Positions 53,706 through 64,000 of a stretch of DNA of 64,000 bases are shown here, in pieces. The stretch spans positions 434,001 to 498,000 of the forward strand of contig CM082598.2 of assembly GCA_040954595.2 (NCBI GenBank). The letters are read 5' to 3'. This DNA comes from Balanoglossus misakiensis (lineage: Eukaryota; Animalia; Hemichordata). Both the position numbers and the translations under genes were made by a program. Every line of letters starts with the position of its first letter. The stretch's first letter is position 1. The notes below the pieces were generated by a model, which was not told the origin of the DNA, ran no database searches, and saw only the letters and a list, made by a program, of their open reading frames with translations.

Positions 53706-55757
53706 AATACAGTGTCTGTCTCTGGGATAAAAGAGCTGGAATCCTAACAATTCATTTCCCTAAGCGTACAATTCACAATGAAAAGAAACGATCGAAATGA
53801 ACACCTGAGCTGGGAAGTGAAGTCACAAAACACGGAGACATCAGCAGATGAAGAATTGCTAAGGTTTCATAGAAATATGATATTGGCCATTTACGATCTT
53901 TGAGAAACACAACTCCCATGCCCATTTATTAAAGGCCACGTCACTTGCTCGGAAATGAAATGTAAAATAAACCAGGAGAATCTATGCCATGCTGTACAAT
54001 AAACCTTTAGACTCTGCATGATTATCTTCACGGTCAGAGTCGTTGTACCTCCCTGGTTTGCAGATTTTGAAGATTGAAGATGAAAATATAAAATTTCCGA
54101 CAGCTCTTTACAGAGTCTAGATATCGTTTCATCTATTGCCCGAGTTATTAAACATGGGCCTTTAAGTCTTCAAAAAAGAACAGATTTGATCGGTATCTGA
54201 CAACTTAACTTTGATATGAACGTTTCAAATCTTGTCTGTTACCTTATGCACTAAAGACTACTTATTAAAAAATTACTGATATCAACTTAAGCCGATTTAT
54301 TTTAAGACGAGAAATATGGATTAAGATACAGAATTGATATTAACCAGAGTACAATATGTGATGGATGTTTCGCTGGAGTACAGTTGATTATCTTGAAAGG
54401 CGTGACTTCTTTGTTATTACTGGTATTTGATTCAGAAATGTTTTTGAAGTTATGTATTTTAGATCCTTGTAACCTCCACTTACTTACTCCTATTTTCACT
54501 GATGCAGCCCTTAGGGAAGCACCATTTTATGTCGGGGGGGGGGGGGGGGGGGGGAGGATGTTGATATGTCAGCTCATTTTTTTCAGCTACTGTAACAGCA
54601 AATGTTTTTTTTCTTTTGCCAGTTCTACTTTTTTCTCAAGGCATTTAATACAGAAGATTTGTTTTTCTCTGCACCATCTACCAACAATGCTCTCCCCCCC
54701 AAAAAAAAATCTTCCACCCCTCCAGAAATCAAATGGTTCTCTCCTTACAACGATTTCTTGCCTCGTTTATTCTGTCTCTCAAACGATTGCGAATTGCATG
54801 CATCCCTACTTTGGCCCGGAGCACACACGGATTATCCTGACAAGAAATACCGAAGTTGAACCGTGTATTTCGCGTTCGGGGGTATAATAACAATTTTCAA
54901 TTTTGCAGCAAACACTGATGCGTCAATACCCAGTATCTTTCAGGCGATCCTTTCTGGTCTGATTAATATTTCGTGTGCCGGAACCCTTCAAAATCTGTAT
55001 CACTCAGACTTGTCGCTTGTCCATATTTCGTATTCTCTGTCCCTCCCAATATATGTTCATCAATCTTACCAATTCATGAAAGTCCCCAACTGCTGTGACT
55101 TTCTTAGTGGAAACCATGTTTGAATGTTTACAACAAGGCGTCCAAAGTTCTGCCAACAGTACACGCGTGTTAAACTTCTGACAAGTAAAATATCAATGTA
55201 CCGTGGCTATACACTTGTCACCTGATCAAACATACGAAAAAAATGTTGTTTCACCAGTTTTCTCATCTTACTGGATAATTCTGACGAAAGCAAAGTCCTT
55301 GAACTTTTCACAGAAGAGAAACTAAAAAAGGATATGACGTTCATGTACTTGACCGTGTAGAAAACCGTCAAGTGATCAAGGCCAATCGATATGACAGTTT
55401 CAATAAAAGTATTTTGTGGTTTACCAGATTGTGCTTTCTTGTAAGTTTGGGAGGAATTCGGAGAAAATGTTATTAAATACACCTCAATACATATTTGATC
55501 ATTTCGTCATCATGATGTCACTGCTTACGTAGCAACTGATCTTCGCGGCGGGTGTGGTTTTTTCTTCATCACAGGTGAACCAATCAGGTATAACTTCGTC
55601 ATCATCTACTCGATCAACTAATTCGAATATGTTAACAAGTCTTGGGCAAGATCTTAAGTCGGTTGGAAACAAGTGACATTTGAGTATCTGGTGAGAGTCG
55701 AAGCAAAACCCACGGCAAGTTTCCAATTCTCTCATCAGATCGATAAGCAACATACGT

Positions 55758-56807
55758 ATGTCCGCGACCATGTCTAGTAACGAAACGAACACCAGTGTTA
55801 CGGACACCCCTTCGTCTGACTCATCAGGAATCAGCAACACAGAAATCATTCTTGATGTTTTCTACGGAATCATTGGAGTCCTGGGTGTTCTCGGTAATCT
55901 GCTGGTTGTTGTGGTTGCGTTCCGCGTCAAAACTTTTCGTTCACTCACAAATGTCCTCATCGCTCACCAGTCAATCGTCGACTTGATAAGTTCGCTGCTC
56001 CTCATCATTCTCAACCTGGGTCCTGTCATTGTGGCACCTCCTGGCCCCTGGGGGAGCTTTCTCTGCAAAGTCTGGATCTCTCGGTATCTGATGTGGGCTG
56101 TGATCACGGTCTCGACTCTGAACCTGGTCGCCATAACGACAGAACGCTACTTTGCAATCGTGCATCCAATCCGTCATCATAACAGCTTTAATATGAAGAA
56201 AGTGCAAGTTATCTTCGTGGTGGAATGGATCGTGGGAATCCTCGTTGAGTTGTATTGGGCGCTCATCCAAGAAAACATCCATGGTTTCTGCATCCCCATC
56301 TGGCCAAGCCTATTTCTCCAACGCCTCTGCGGCACCATGGTTTTTGCCTTTCAATTCTTCATCCCTATTGCTGTCATGACATTCGCGTATGTGAGGATCG
56401 CTTATGCTCTCTCCAAACAAGCCAAAGAGGGAGACACTGTCTTACAGCGTTCTCGTCGCAACGTCATCAAGACCCTGGTCCTTGTGGTCATCGCTTATGC
56501 CATCTGCTGGACACCGAACGCATTTGCCTTCTACCAGTACAACCTCGGTGGCTACCTGGATTTCAATTCCCCGTTCACCCACTACACTACCATCTCAGCA
56601 TTCCTGAATATGGGCGTCAATCCGATCATCTACGCTTGGAAGTATGAAAGTTTCAGAGAAGGGCTGAGGAAAATGTTCGGCATCAAGGGTAACCAAGTTG
56701 AAGGCTTGTCTATTGACCCAAAACCAAGTGCAGGAAATTCTGCCGGAACAACATCAACAGGGGTAACAACCACCACAACACTTCAGCTACCCAATGCAGT
56801 AGCATGA
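55758..56807 (+). CDS. Class A (rhodopsin-like) GPCR, galanin/allatostatin-A receptor-like orphan, 349 aa, intronless CDS
   Basis: Seven TM segments; GN in TM1, VD in TM2, ERY, CWTP and NPIIY; N-terminal glycosylation sequons. A splice acceptor at ~55574 suggests a non-coding 5' exon upstream. Confidence 0.92.
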   Translation: MSATMSSNETNTSVTDTPSSDSSGISNTEIILDVFYGIIGVLGVLGNLLVVVVAFRVKTFRSLTNVLIAHQSIVDLISSLLLIILNLGPVIVAPPGPWGSFLCKVWISRYLMWAVITVSTLNLVAITTERYFAIVHPIRHHNSFNMKKVQVIFVVEWIVGILVELYWALIQENIHGFCIPIWPSLFLQRLCGTMVFAFQFFIPIAVMTFAYVRIAYALSKQAKEGDTVLQRSRRNVIKTLVLVVIAYAICWTPNAFAFYQYNLGGYLDFNSPFTHYTTISAFLNMGVNPIIYAWKYESFREGLRKMFGIKGNQVEGLSIDPKPSAGNSAGTTSTGVTTTTTLQLPNAVA

Positions 56808-57740
56808 ACACTCCAAACGGACTCTTCATCACTATTAACTTTATCTCCAACAATCATTATTGGCCACTGACAAGAGAATGTGATTGGAACTGCTTCGTGA
56901 TAAGATCTTGGAAGTATAGCCAGACAATAATTAACATTTCACTCTCCTACTTGGTCGGTAGGTGAAAATTTAAGCCTGGGTTGGGTTATCGGACTTGACT
57001 TTTTTGGGGACTAACATATCAAAATCGATGTATATATATATCGATGTTTTGGAAACGTAATGATGCCGATAGTCATGTTAAAGTTGGCAAGATATTGCGC
57101 ATTTTTCAGGGTGATGGTGATAAAAGAAGTTACAAAATCGGATATAAATATCCACAATTGTTACTTTCATTCAGTTGTATAATTAGATAATTAGAATTCT
57201 CTATTATTATATTTTATTAAGTTCATAGATGTCAATGGTATATATACTTAAAAACAAATTCCTGACGACATGATTTGCATATCATTAATGAAATATTACC
57301 TGATTATTGTGTATGACAATGATATATTTCAACAGTAAGATATGAATGTGTACCTGTATGTGTATATAATTGTTCAAAAGTTGTAAAGACAAACAAGGTT
57401 GTTGTCCGTCCATTTCACTGTTTGAGCTTCTTTCAATATATTCAGAGTTTGGCAAAGGAGTTCAATGAGTCAAGTAGTTTTTGTTTGATATAAAGTGAAG
57501 TGAAGTGAAGGTTTATTGCCATAGAAACAGAGCCATCAGTTTGAGAGCTGATGTGTACACACTGAGATCACATGCGCCCTCTATTGGCCACAAACAATTT
57601 TGATACTTCAGTCGCGAATTACTTGTTTCTTCATTCATAATTGGATGTTTGTTAAGATTTATTATAGTCCTACATATACTTATATTCACGCCAATTTATG
57701 TTATAATACACTCTTTTCATAACTAGCGCCTTCATGCAGC

Positions 57741-57901
57741 CATCATGAATTTTAACTCAAAGCGAGGACAATGGGAAAAGTTGACCAATCACATCAAGGG
57801 GATTTGGAGAAAGTTGACCAATCACGTCAAGGAGATTTGGAGAAAGTTGACCAATCACGTCAAGGAGATTTACCAATTGGCTTCGCTTTGAGTTCATGAT
57901 G
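57741..57901. repeat. MITE-like cassette: three 33-bp CCAAT/ACGTCA repeats between short inverted repeats
   Basis: ggagaaagttgaccaatcacgtcaaggagattt x3, flanked by catcatgaa..aactcaaagcga and tcgctttgagttcatgatg. Confidence 0.6.
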
Positions 57902-58579
57902 CCTACAGGTATATTAAATCCAATACAACTGACTGAATAGTTTTTTATATTTATTTATATTTAAGGGACCATTATCTTTCATCAAAGATGAGGACATTTA
58001 TATCAACTTGTTATAAAGTGATTTAAAATATTGTAAGTTTATTTTGTATTTGATATTTTAATAGTTTACATCAAGGCTTGCTTTTATCGAGAAAGTTACG
58101 ATGTATAGTCTAGTTCATTTAGTTGGATGGGCCCATTCCCTGTGCAAACTTATAATCATTAATATAGCTTCTGCATTTAAATCAAAGGTAAACATGATAA
58201 CAAGATTAATCCATTAAATGTTATCTTCTATTTATATTCTATATAATTAAATTATATTGAAGTGAACTACCTTGTAAATGTACTTGTATGAAAATAAACT
58301 TTATTTACGTTAAGATTTAGGCGTATTGTCATGCCCTGGTATATTGTTTATTTTGGAAGACGCTGTTTTCTGATATAAAGTTAAAGTGAAGATGCATGGC
58401 CTACAGTAAACCTTGATTTGCAAGTTTGCAACTTGGGTGGTTGCGATGCGCTTCAAAACATGAATATGCACAAGAAGATCCAGAAAATGGTGTAGATATT
58501 TCTCAACTCCTTAACGATCAGTCGTGCTTGCAACTCGATCATATGAAGACTTTCTAGTGAGACGATTAGCTTACTAGCA

Positions 58580-58672
58580 TTAACCCTTTCACCGCCATGG
58601 TTTAGTCCAACTCAATTGTTATCAATGGCAGTGTAGGACCTCCATACACAGAAATGGGGGTGAAAGGGTTAA
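58580..58672. mobile_element. 93-bp piggyBac-like MITE (family P1, opposite orientation)
   Basis: TTAA|CCCTTTCACC ... GGTGAAAGGG|TTAA, same length as the 53007 copy. Confidence 0.8.
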
Positions 58673-59304
58673 AGTGAGTTGGTGAGAAAGGGTTTCTCTG
58701 AAAGCAGATAAGTTCTATGGTGAGACAAAGGAATGAAAAAACACTGGTTAAATATATTCAGAGAGATACTATTGGTCATTTATTGCACACAAACCTGTTT
58801 AAATGTACACATGCCTGAGAAAACCCACACATTCTTAAGAAACTGTCCATGAAAGTAACTTCTCAATTAATGCAATATTTACAAATAACAAATACATCTT
58901 GTATCGTGAAATATCCAAGTGTTTAAAAACATGTACCGATATAAACAGGTGTATTATAATAATACTATGTACAGATCAATTTAAGATGGAAATGTAAAAA
59001 AAAAAACTTTGTATATAACATGAATTAACACATACACATCAGCATCCATCCATAAAAATATACATGCAGGTAGATTTCACTTTTGGCTGCAACTGCTAGA
59101 CAAAATAAGGTTAAAACTTCCTTTTCATCTAAAAGACTGAACTTCACTTTTAGAACAGCTAGTCCCTATGTAAGGTGCTATTCAACCTATTACTAAAAAG
59201 GAAGGTGTAATTAGTATATCCAATGGGAGTGTAAGTACAGTCCTGAATTCCTGAGAAGATGTCGGCAATAACTGTCTGGTGTTTTGGATCTCTAACAGCT
59301 TCAA

Positions 59305-59626
59305 TTAAAGTCTGATGATCATCTCATGTGCATGTGCGTAATTTCGTTTATACAAACATTACGTCCAATCCAAATGGTCTGCATTCAAATAGTGGACTGC
59401 CTTCGCTTCCTTCCACATTTCATGCACACCGTATAAGTATAGACTTTAGTTCTGTCCCTTCTTTTCATCACCCAATTTGCCGTCTTTTCCCGCTCTCCGA
59501 CACAGACTATGATCGCCGCCATCTTGTCTGTTGTTAGGACAACAGACTGCCTTATGGCATTGACTGTAACAATTTTGGTAACCATGGTTATAGGCACATG
59601 CGCATGAGACAACCGTCGCCCTTTAA
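59305..59626. mobile_element. TTAA-flanked MITE family K1, in the 3' UTR of the MPPED-like gene
   Basis: TTAA|AG...tctcatgtgcatgtgc ... gcacatgcgcatgaga...CT|TTAA, with internal homology to 5275-5559. Confidence 0.7.
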
Positions 59627-59633
59627 GGCCCTA

Positions 59634-62600
59634 TTATTTCCTGAGATATTTGACAAATGGAACGTGTTTGGTTTGAGTCCTGTGTCTGCTGGAACCATCC
59701 GCATCACCTGCTTTCAGAGAAAGGTCTGGCAAATCAAATACGATGGGTTGGTTATTTGGTTTGTAGTGCCTTGTACATATGGATGCATTTATGTAGTTTG
59801 TAACGCCGTCTGTGTAAAGACCATAACCTGTAAGACGAGAATAAGTACGTAGCCGATTAACTTCCTGCTAAAAGGAATGACTGTAAGATGAGAATAAGTA
59901 CATAGCGGATTAACTTCCTGCTAAAAGGAATGACAATCTTTGGTTTTTCCGGGAATTCCGAGAGAGTTGTGCAAATTTGCCCTACAAAAGAAACACTAAC
60001 AACAAAGTATTCTCCCTACTCAATAGGTTTTTGCTACCTAGGTTACCGCGGTATAACGTAGTTTGACTCCCTATCATGAAGTAAAAACCTAATTAAAGCA
60101 GCGAGAATTACAATGCAAGTTATTACAATTACATGATGTGGTGTATTTGAACTTCACGAACTTACCCTCGTGTATATGACCAAAAACATGATATTGTGGT
60201 CTGATTCGTTGTTGAACAGAGGTCAAGAGTTCAACATCTCCAGCATGCCCACAGTCTGTTGACTCATCCCCATAACCTGTAGAATAAAACTTAAAGGGTG
60301 AACTTACATTCATTTGTACAAAGGAAGGGTTAAAGGTATACAGTCACCTATTGAAAATTAGCTATAGTTACCATGGCAAATTGAGATCTAGCCAATCACT
60401 GATTTTCAGTGGGTGGCACACGCGAAAAAAGAGCGCCACCATATGTTCTTTAGAACGCCCAAATACGCCTCTTAAGCCATATATGGGTGTATGTAAATTG
60501 GAGGTGACTGTATACCTTTAACTTGTACCCACTCATGCAGCTCTGAAATTTGTCCAACTTTTCAGAACCTGTAAGACTCTAAGACTAAGAGATGTTATTA
60601 TATTTTTAAGGGAATGTGAGAAGCACTGATCAGATCCTACTACTGGTACATTGTATCTCTGTGTCTTGGAATCCTGCTTGGAATATACCTGCAGTGGTTC
60701 TATTCTATCTGTGTAGGAAGAGTTAGAAACGTTTCACTTCACTTCAACTTCATCCATCATAGCTGCAACAACCTGCAATATCTAACTAAACAAATCTACT
60801 GTTACTTTCAGAGAATCCCTGTCTCTCTACCTTTATGTGTCTCCCAAGAAAGTCTTCATATGAGTTGCAAGATCTACAATATCTTAGGAGTGCAATATAC
60901 ACTGCGGTATAAGTTGGAGTTGATGGATATTCCTTGAATGGTACACAAAATTTGTGATTTCAAAAATGAAATCATCCTACCGGTATATGTCATATATATA
61001 TATATTATCATTTATATACTGGCAATAAAACTGGTGATGTATTTCAACCATTTAAACAGAAACTGAGTTAGGCCTGTGTATTTCTGTAATCAGGACTGTA
61101 AAACACTATCAGGTTTTTTGTCTCGGTCACTCAATACCCATCAAAAGTCTTAATGATTTAAAATATTAATGAACATAAAAATGTTGGATACTGTATCCTC
61201 TTGAGATTATTCAAAATTGCTCTGGGGAACAGTGGAAGGTAATCTTTCATTAATAGGCCTTCATCGAAATTAAATGCTGCATGCAGATTACTGCATTATT
61301 CTTTGGAAAATAGATTCCCAGATTAGTCATGTGATAGCGGTACATTAATGGATTTCTATTACCGTTTCTCAAACATGGATTTGTCTGTTCCAGGGTGCGT
61401 TCGAAATCTAAGTTTCACATACTATTACATTATTTATTTCCTATTTTCTGGTGGTTAATATTTGATTAATCTGCTGCAGTAGGATTACTCATGTAACAAC
61501 GCTACTACGCTACGCATTTCTTTATCAGTTTTTCATGCACGGTTTTGTTTGTACCCAGGTGCACTCCAACGCTAAGTTTCACATATCCTGGGCTTCTTAT
61601 AAACTGTCTTTTGACCTTGCCTTTTCTCTGTTTTTCCTGAATTGATTTATTTAAATCTTAAAAGTTTCATCCAACAATACATGAGCAACAGAGGCCTGCA
61701 AGGACAAGTCTCTCTCCAGCTGCCCCTTTTCCATTAATTATGTTTGATACAAGACACCATTTATGTTAACGTAAATGTGGATATATAGTGAATCAATGAT
61801 CAACCACACAAAACTTCCATCCCACTTGTATGATATGAGAGTAAAAACTTGCCCAAAATGAATAAATGGTAAAGAACGATTATTCATTTTGGCAAGTATT
61901 TTCACTCTCCTGTCTATAAGAGGGATGGACGTTGTATGTGGTTGAACATTCATTCACTATATATCCACATGTAGAATAACAAACGGTGTCTTGTATCAAA
62001 TATAATTAATAGAAAAAAGGGCAGCGAGAGAGAGACTTTGTCCCTTTAACGCGTATTCTAGAAAAACTAATTGATTCTTACCTAAGGGAGGAGTATGAGT
62101 AAGTAGAATGTCTGTGTCTTCTGGAATTTTTTCCCACTTTTCTAGTAAATCTGCACCTCTGATCAAGGTAAATGCTCCTGAATGATACAATGGTTGCCTA
62201 ATGAAAAAAGAAGAAGATATAAATGTACGGCACATGTATAAAAACAAAGGAAACTCTGAAACTCAAATGCTCTGTAACACAAGTCACTGAAGATGTCAAA
62301 TAACCAGTCTATAGTATACTAATACAGTAAGGTCCGTGAACATAAAAAGCAGCCAAAATCATCGAAAACTTTACAAAACAAAAAATATCCACCCCCAAAA
62401 TACCACATCGACCAATCAGAAATACCTTTGTAACTTAGAATAGCAAACAAGAACCTACCATGGTGATCCGTAGATACTAAATCCCAGAACATTAGTCTTT
62501 TCATCTTCTAGATATGTACAGTTGGTCAGCATTGCCACGTAGTCTTTCTTATGGACGGGTACTCGTCTACCAGAAAGTTTCATCAGAGCTCTTAGTTTGG

Positions 62601-63455
62601 AGTTATCCTCAGGGTCTAAAGCCAACTCATGGTTGCCTGCGATGACAATTTTATGTGTATGCGGCAGAGTTCCTGTTAAAAAAAGGATAAAGATTTCTTA
62701 AGTAGAAGTTCCTACAAATACTGTAAACTGGGAAATGTTCACGATATCAAGAGGCAAACTGTTATGCAATGATTAAGTTTTGCGTTCCTGTATGTCACTA
62801 ACTACATCGTTACCTCAAAAAAACATTTTATGCATCTTATTATTTTTCGTATTTTTCTGGCTCTCGAAAAGAAGGAACCCGATTCAATGACTGTGTACAC
62901 ATTATTTTTGGACAAATTACACTCTAAAACTTGCCTTTCTATAGCAAACTAGATGAGGCTATGTAGTATTAAGAAGGTATAAATAATCTTACCTAGCCAG
63001 GTGTTAAATTTCAGGAATTCTTCAGGACTGGAATGAGACGTGAAATCTCCTGCATGAAGAAGGATATCACCAGGTGGAACAGGTGGCATTTTATCCGTCC
63101 GAGAATGGGTGTCCGATACACAGACGAATCGAATGAAACCTGAAGTTAAATTGGAATAATTGACAGTTACTGTAGTGTAGGAAAGTACACAGGAAAATTA
63201 AAGCCCATAAATGAAGCTGCCATTTTTGCATGATTTTCATGATTTAATTTTCAACTTACAACTTTCCATTAATTCATTTAAAAGACCTAAGTTTTAGAAA
63301 TGTACAATACCTTCCTTCTTTGGATCTTTGGGATTTTCTACTTTCAGTTTCTTGAATTTGTGTGTTTTTTGAAGGATTTTCCATGCCTTGTTTGGGCTTC
63401 TGCTGTGTGTGTGGACACCAATATGTGTACTTGTACTCAAATCTGATTCAGCCAT
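59634..63455 (-). CDS. Metallophosphoesterase domain-containing protein (MPPED1/MPPED2-like), 308 aa
   Basis: Exons 63455-63311, 63139-62993, 62672-62459, 62197-62082, 60276-60166 and 59827-59634 total 927 nt, GT-AG. Motifs RFVCVSDTH, GDILLHAGDFT, KIVIAGNHE, IYGSPWQP, DILLTHTPPLG, HVFGHIHEGYG and YINASIC. Confidence 0.93.
59828..59933 (-). repeat. 53-bp tandem duplication of the last 3' splice site of the MPPED-like gene
   Basis: ctgtaagacgagaataagtacgtagccgattaacttcctgctaaaaggaatga (59828-59880) and ctgtaagatgagaataagtacatagcggattaacttcctgctaaaaggaatga (59881-59933). Confidence 0.9.
60330..60521. mobile_element. TTAA-flanked MITE (Kolobok-like), family K2; degenerate relative near 12438-12760
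   Basis: TTAA|AGGTATACAGTCACCT ... AGGTGACTGTATACCT|TTAA: perfect 16-bp TIRs. The internal ttttcagtgggtggc and ccatatatgg.t.atgtaaatt are also found at ~12645-12745. Confidence 0.8.
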
Positions 63456-64000
63456 CTACCTGTATCTGTTAAAACAAAATATACATGTATGCATATGTAA
63501 TAAACATACTTTTCAAATATTTCACTGCAAGTATACATGTCTAGTAGCGGCAGACAATCCTGAATGACTGATTTTATATTCATTCTCTGTTAAAGGGACA
63601 AAGTAGCTCACTTTTAACTTTTTTGTTTATACATTTCTTTTGATGTTTTGTGGGATTCACAATATTTTAGAAAGTAGAACACCATAAAAATCCATCAAAA
63701 GGAAATAATATTAATATCAACAAAATAATATGTGCTCAAGCATTTACATTTACATGTTAACGTCTTCGAAATAATTCAGCAATGATGAGTAGCATTGTCT
63801 TTGTGAAATAATTATTAATTAAAAGTTAATTAAAACCACGCCCTCATCGTTGAAATACGATATACGTACTCATAACGTTCGCCCAAACGAAAGAAACATT
63901 TACTTCACACATAGCACAGTGCACTTTTTTTAGTTTCTAGAGAAAAATTCTACAAGATGATATTGTTTTCATATCATCATCATATCAATTGCTTAATAAG

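Noticed and set aside
54384-54887. 167-aa ORF upstream of the GPCR
   Set aside because: Low-complexity sequence (poly-G, poly-T, poly-C/A), non-ATG start, no domain. More likely a decayed repeat (ttagggaagcaccatt...aaatggttctctccttac ends).
39200-55500. Protein-coding genes among the many short ORFs in this 16-kb stretch
   Set aside because: No consistent exon chains or motifs; only faint decayed LINE traces (around 40-41, 45, 46-47 and 50 kb), too weak to model.
61390-61586. Short direct repeat ccagg.tgc...ctaagtttcacata (two copies) in an MPPED intron
   Set aside because: Only ~30 bp and imperfect; no further structure supports an element.

Overview
AT-rich, intron-containing eukaryotic DNA, probably from a marine invertebrate (inference from gene content and repeat landscape; not a prokaryote). 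Hand-spliced gene models give: (1) a tandem cluster of four secreted DsbA/Thioredoxin_4-like paralogs (1-12.1 kb, +,+,-,+; the first is 5'-truncated by the window); (2) a class-3 (Atg15-like) lipase with signal peptide and hydrophobic C-terminal tail (12874-35546, +); (3) an UNC93-like MFS transporter nested antisense in lipase intron 2; (4) proteasome alpha-1 PSMA1 (-); (5) an intronless rhodopsin-type peptide GPCR (+); (6) an MPPED-type metallophosphoesterase (-). The most striking object is inside the 17.8-kb last intron of the lipase. It is an ~11.5-kb quasi-palindrome: an 87-bp satellite array, a 1.65-kb inner inverted repeat carrying a hairpin, two tRNA-like Pol III units and CCAAT repeats, a 524-bp unique core, then the mirrored inner repeat and a mirrored satellite array. 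Two inward-pointing spliced transcription units appear to flank it. Also present: a related 87-bp satellite in the thioredoxin cluster, several TTAA- and TA-flanked MITE families, microsatellites and heavily decayed LINE relics. All coordinates were read by hand; no database searches were run.
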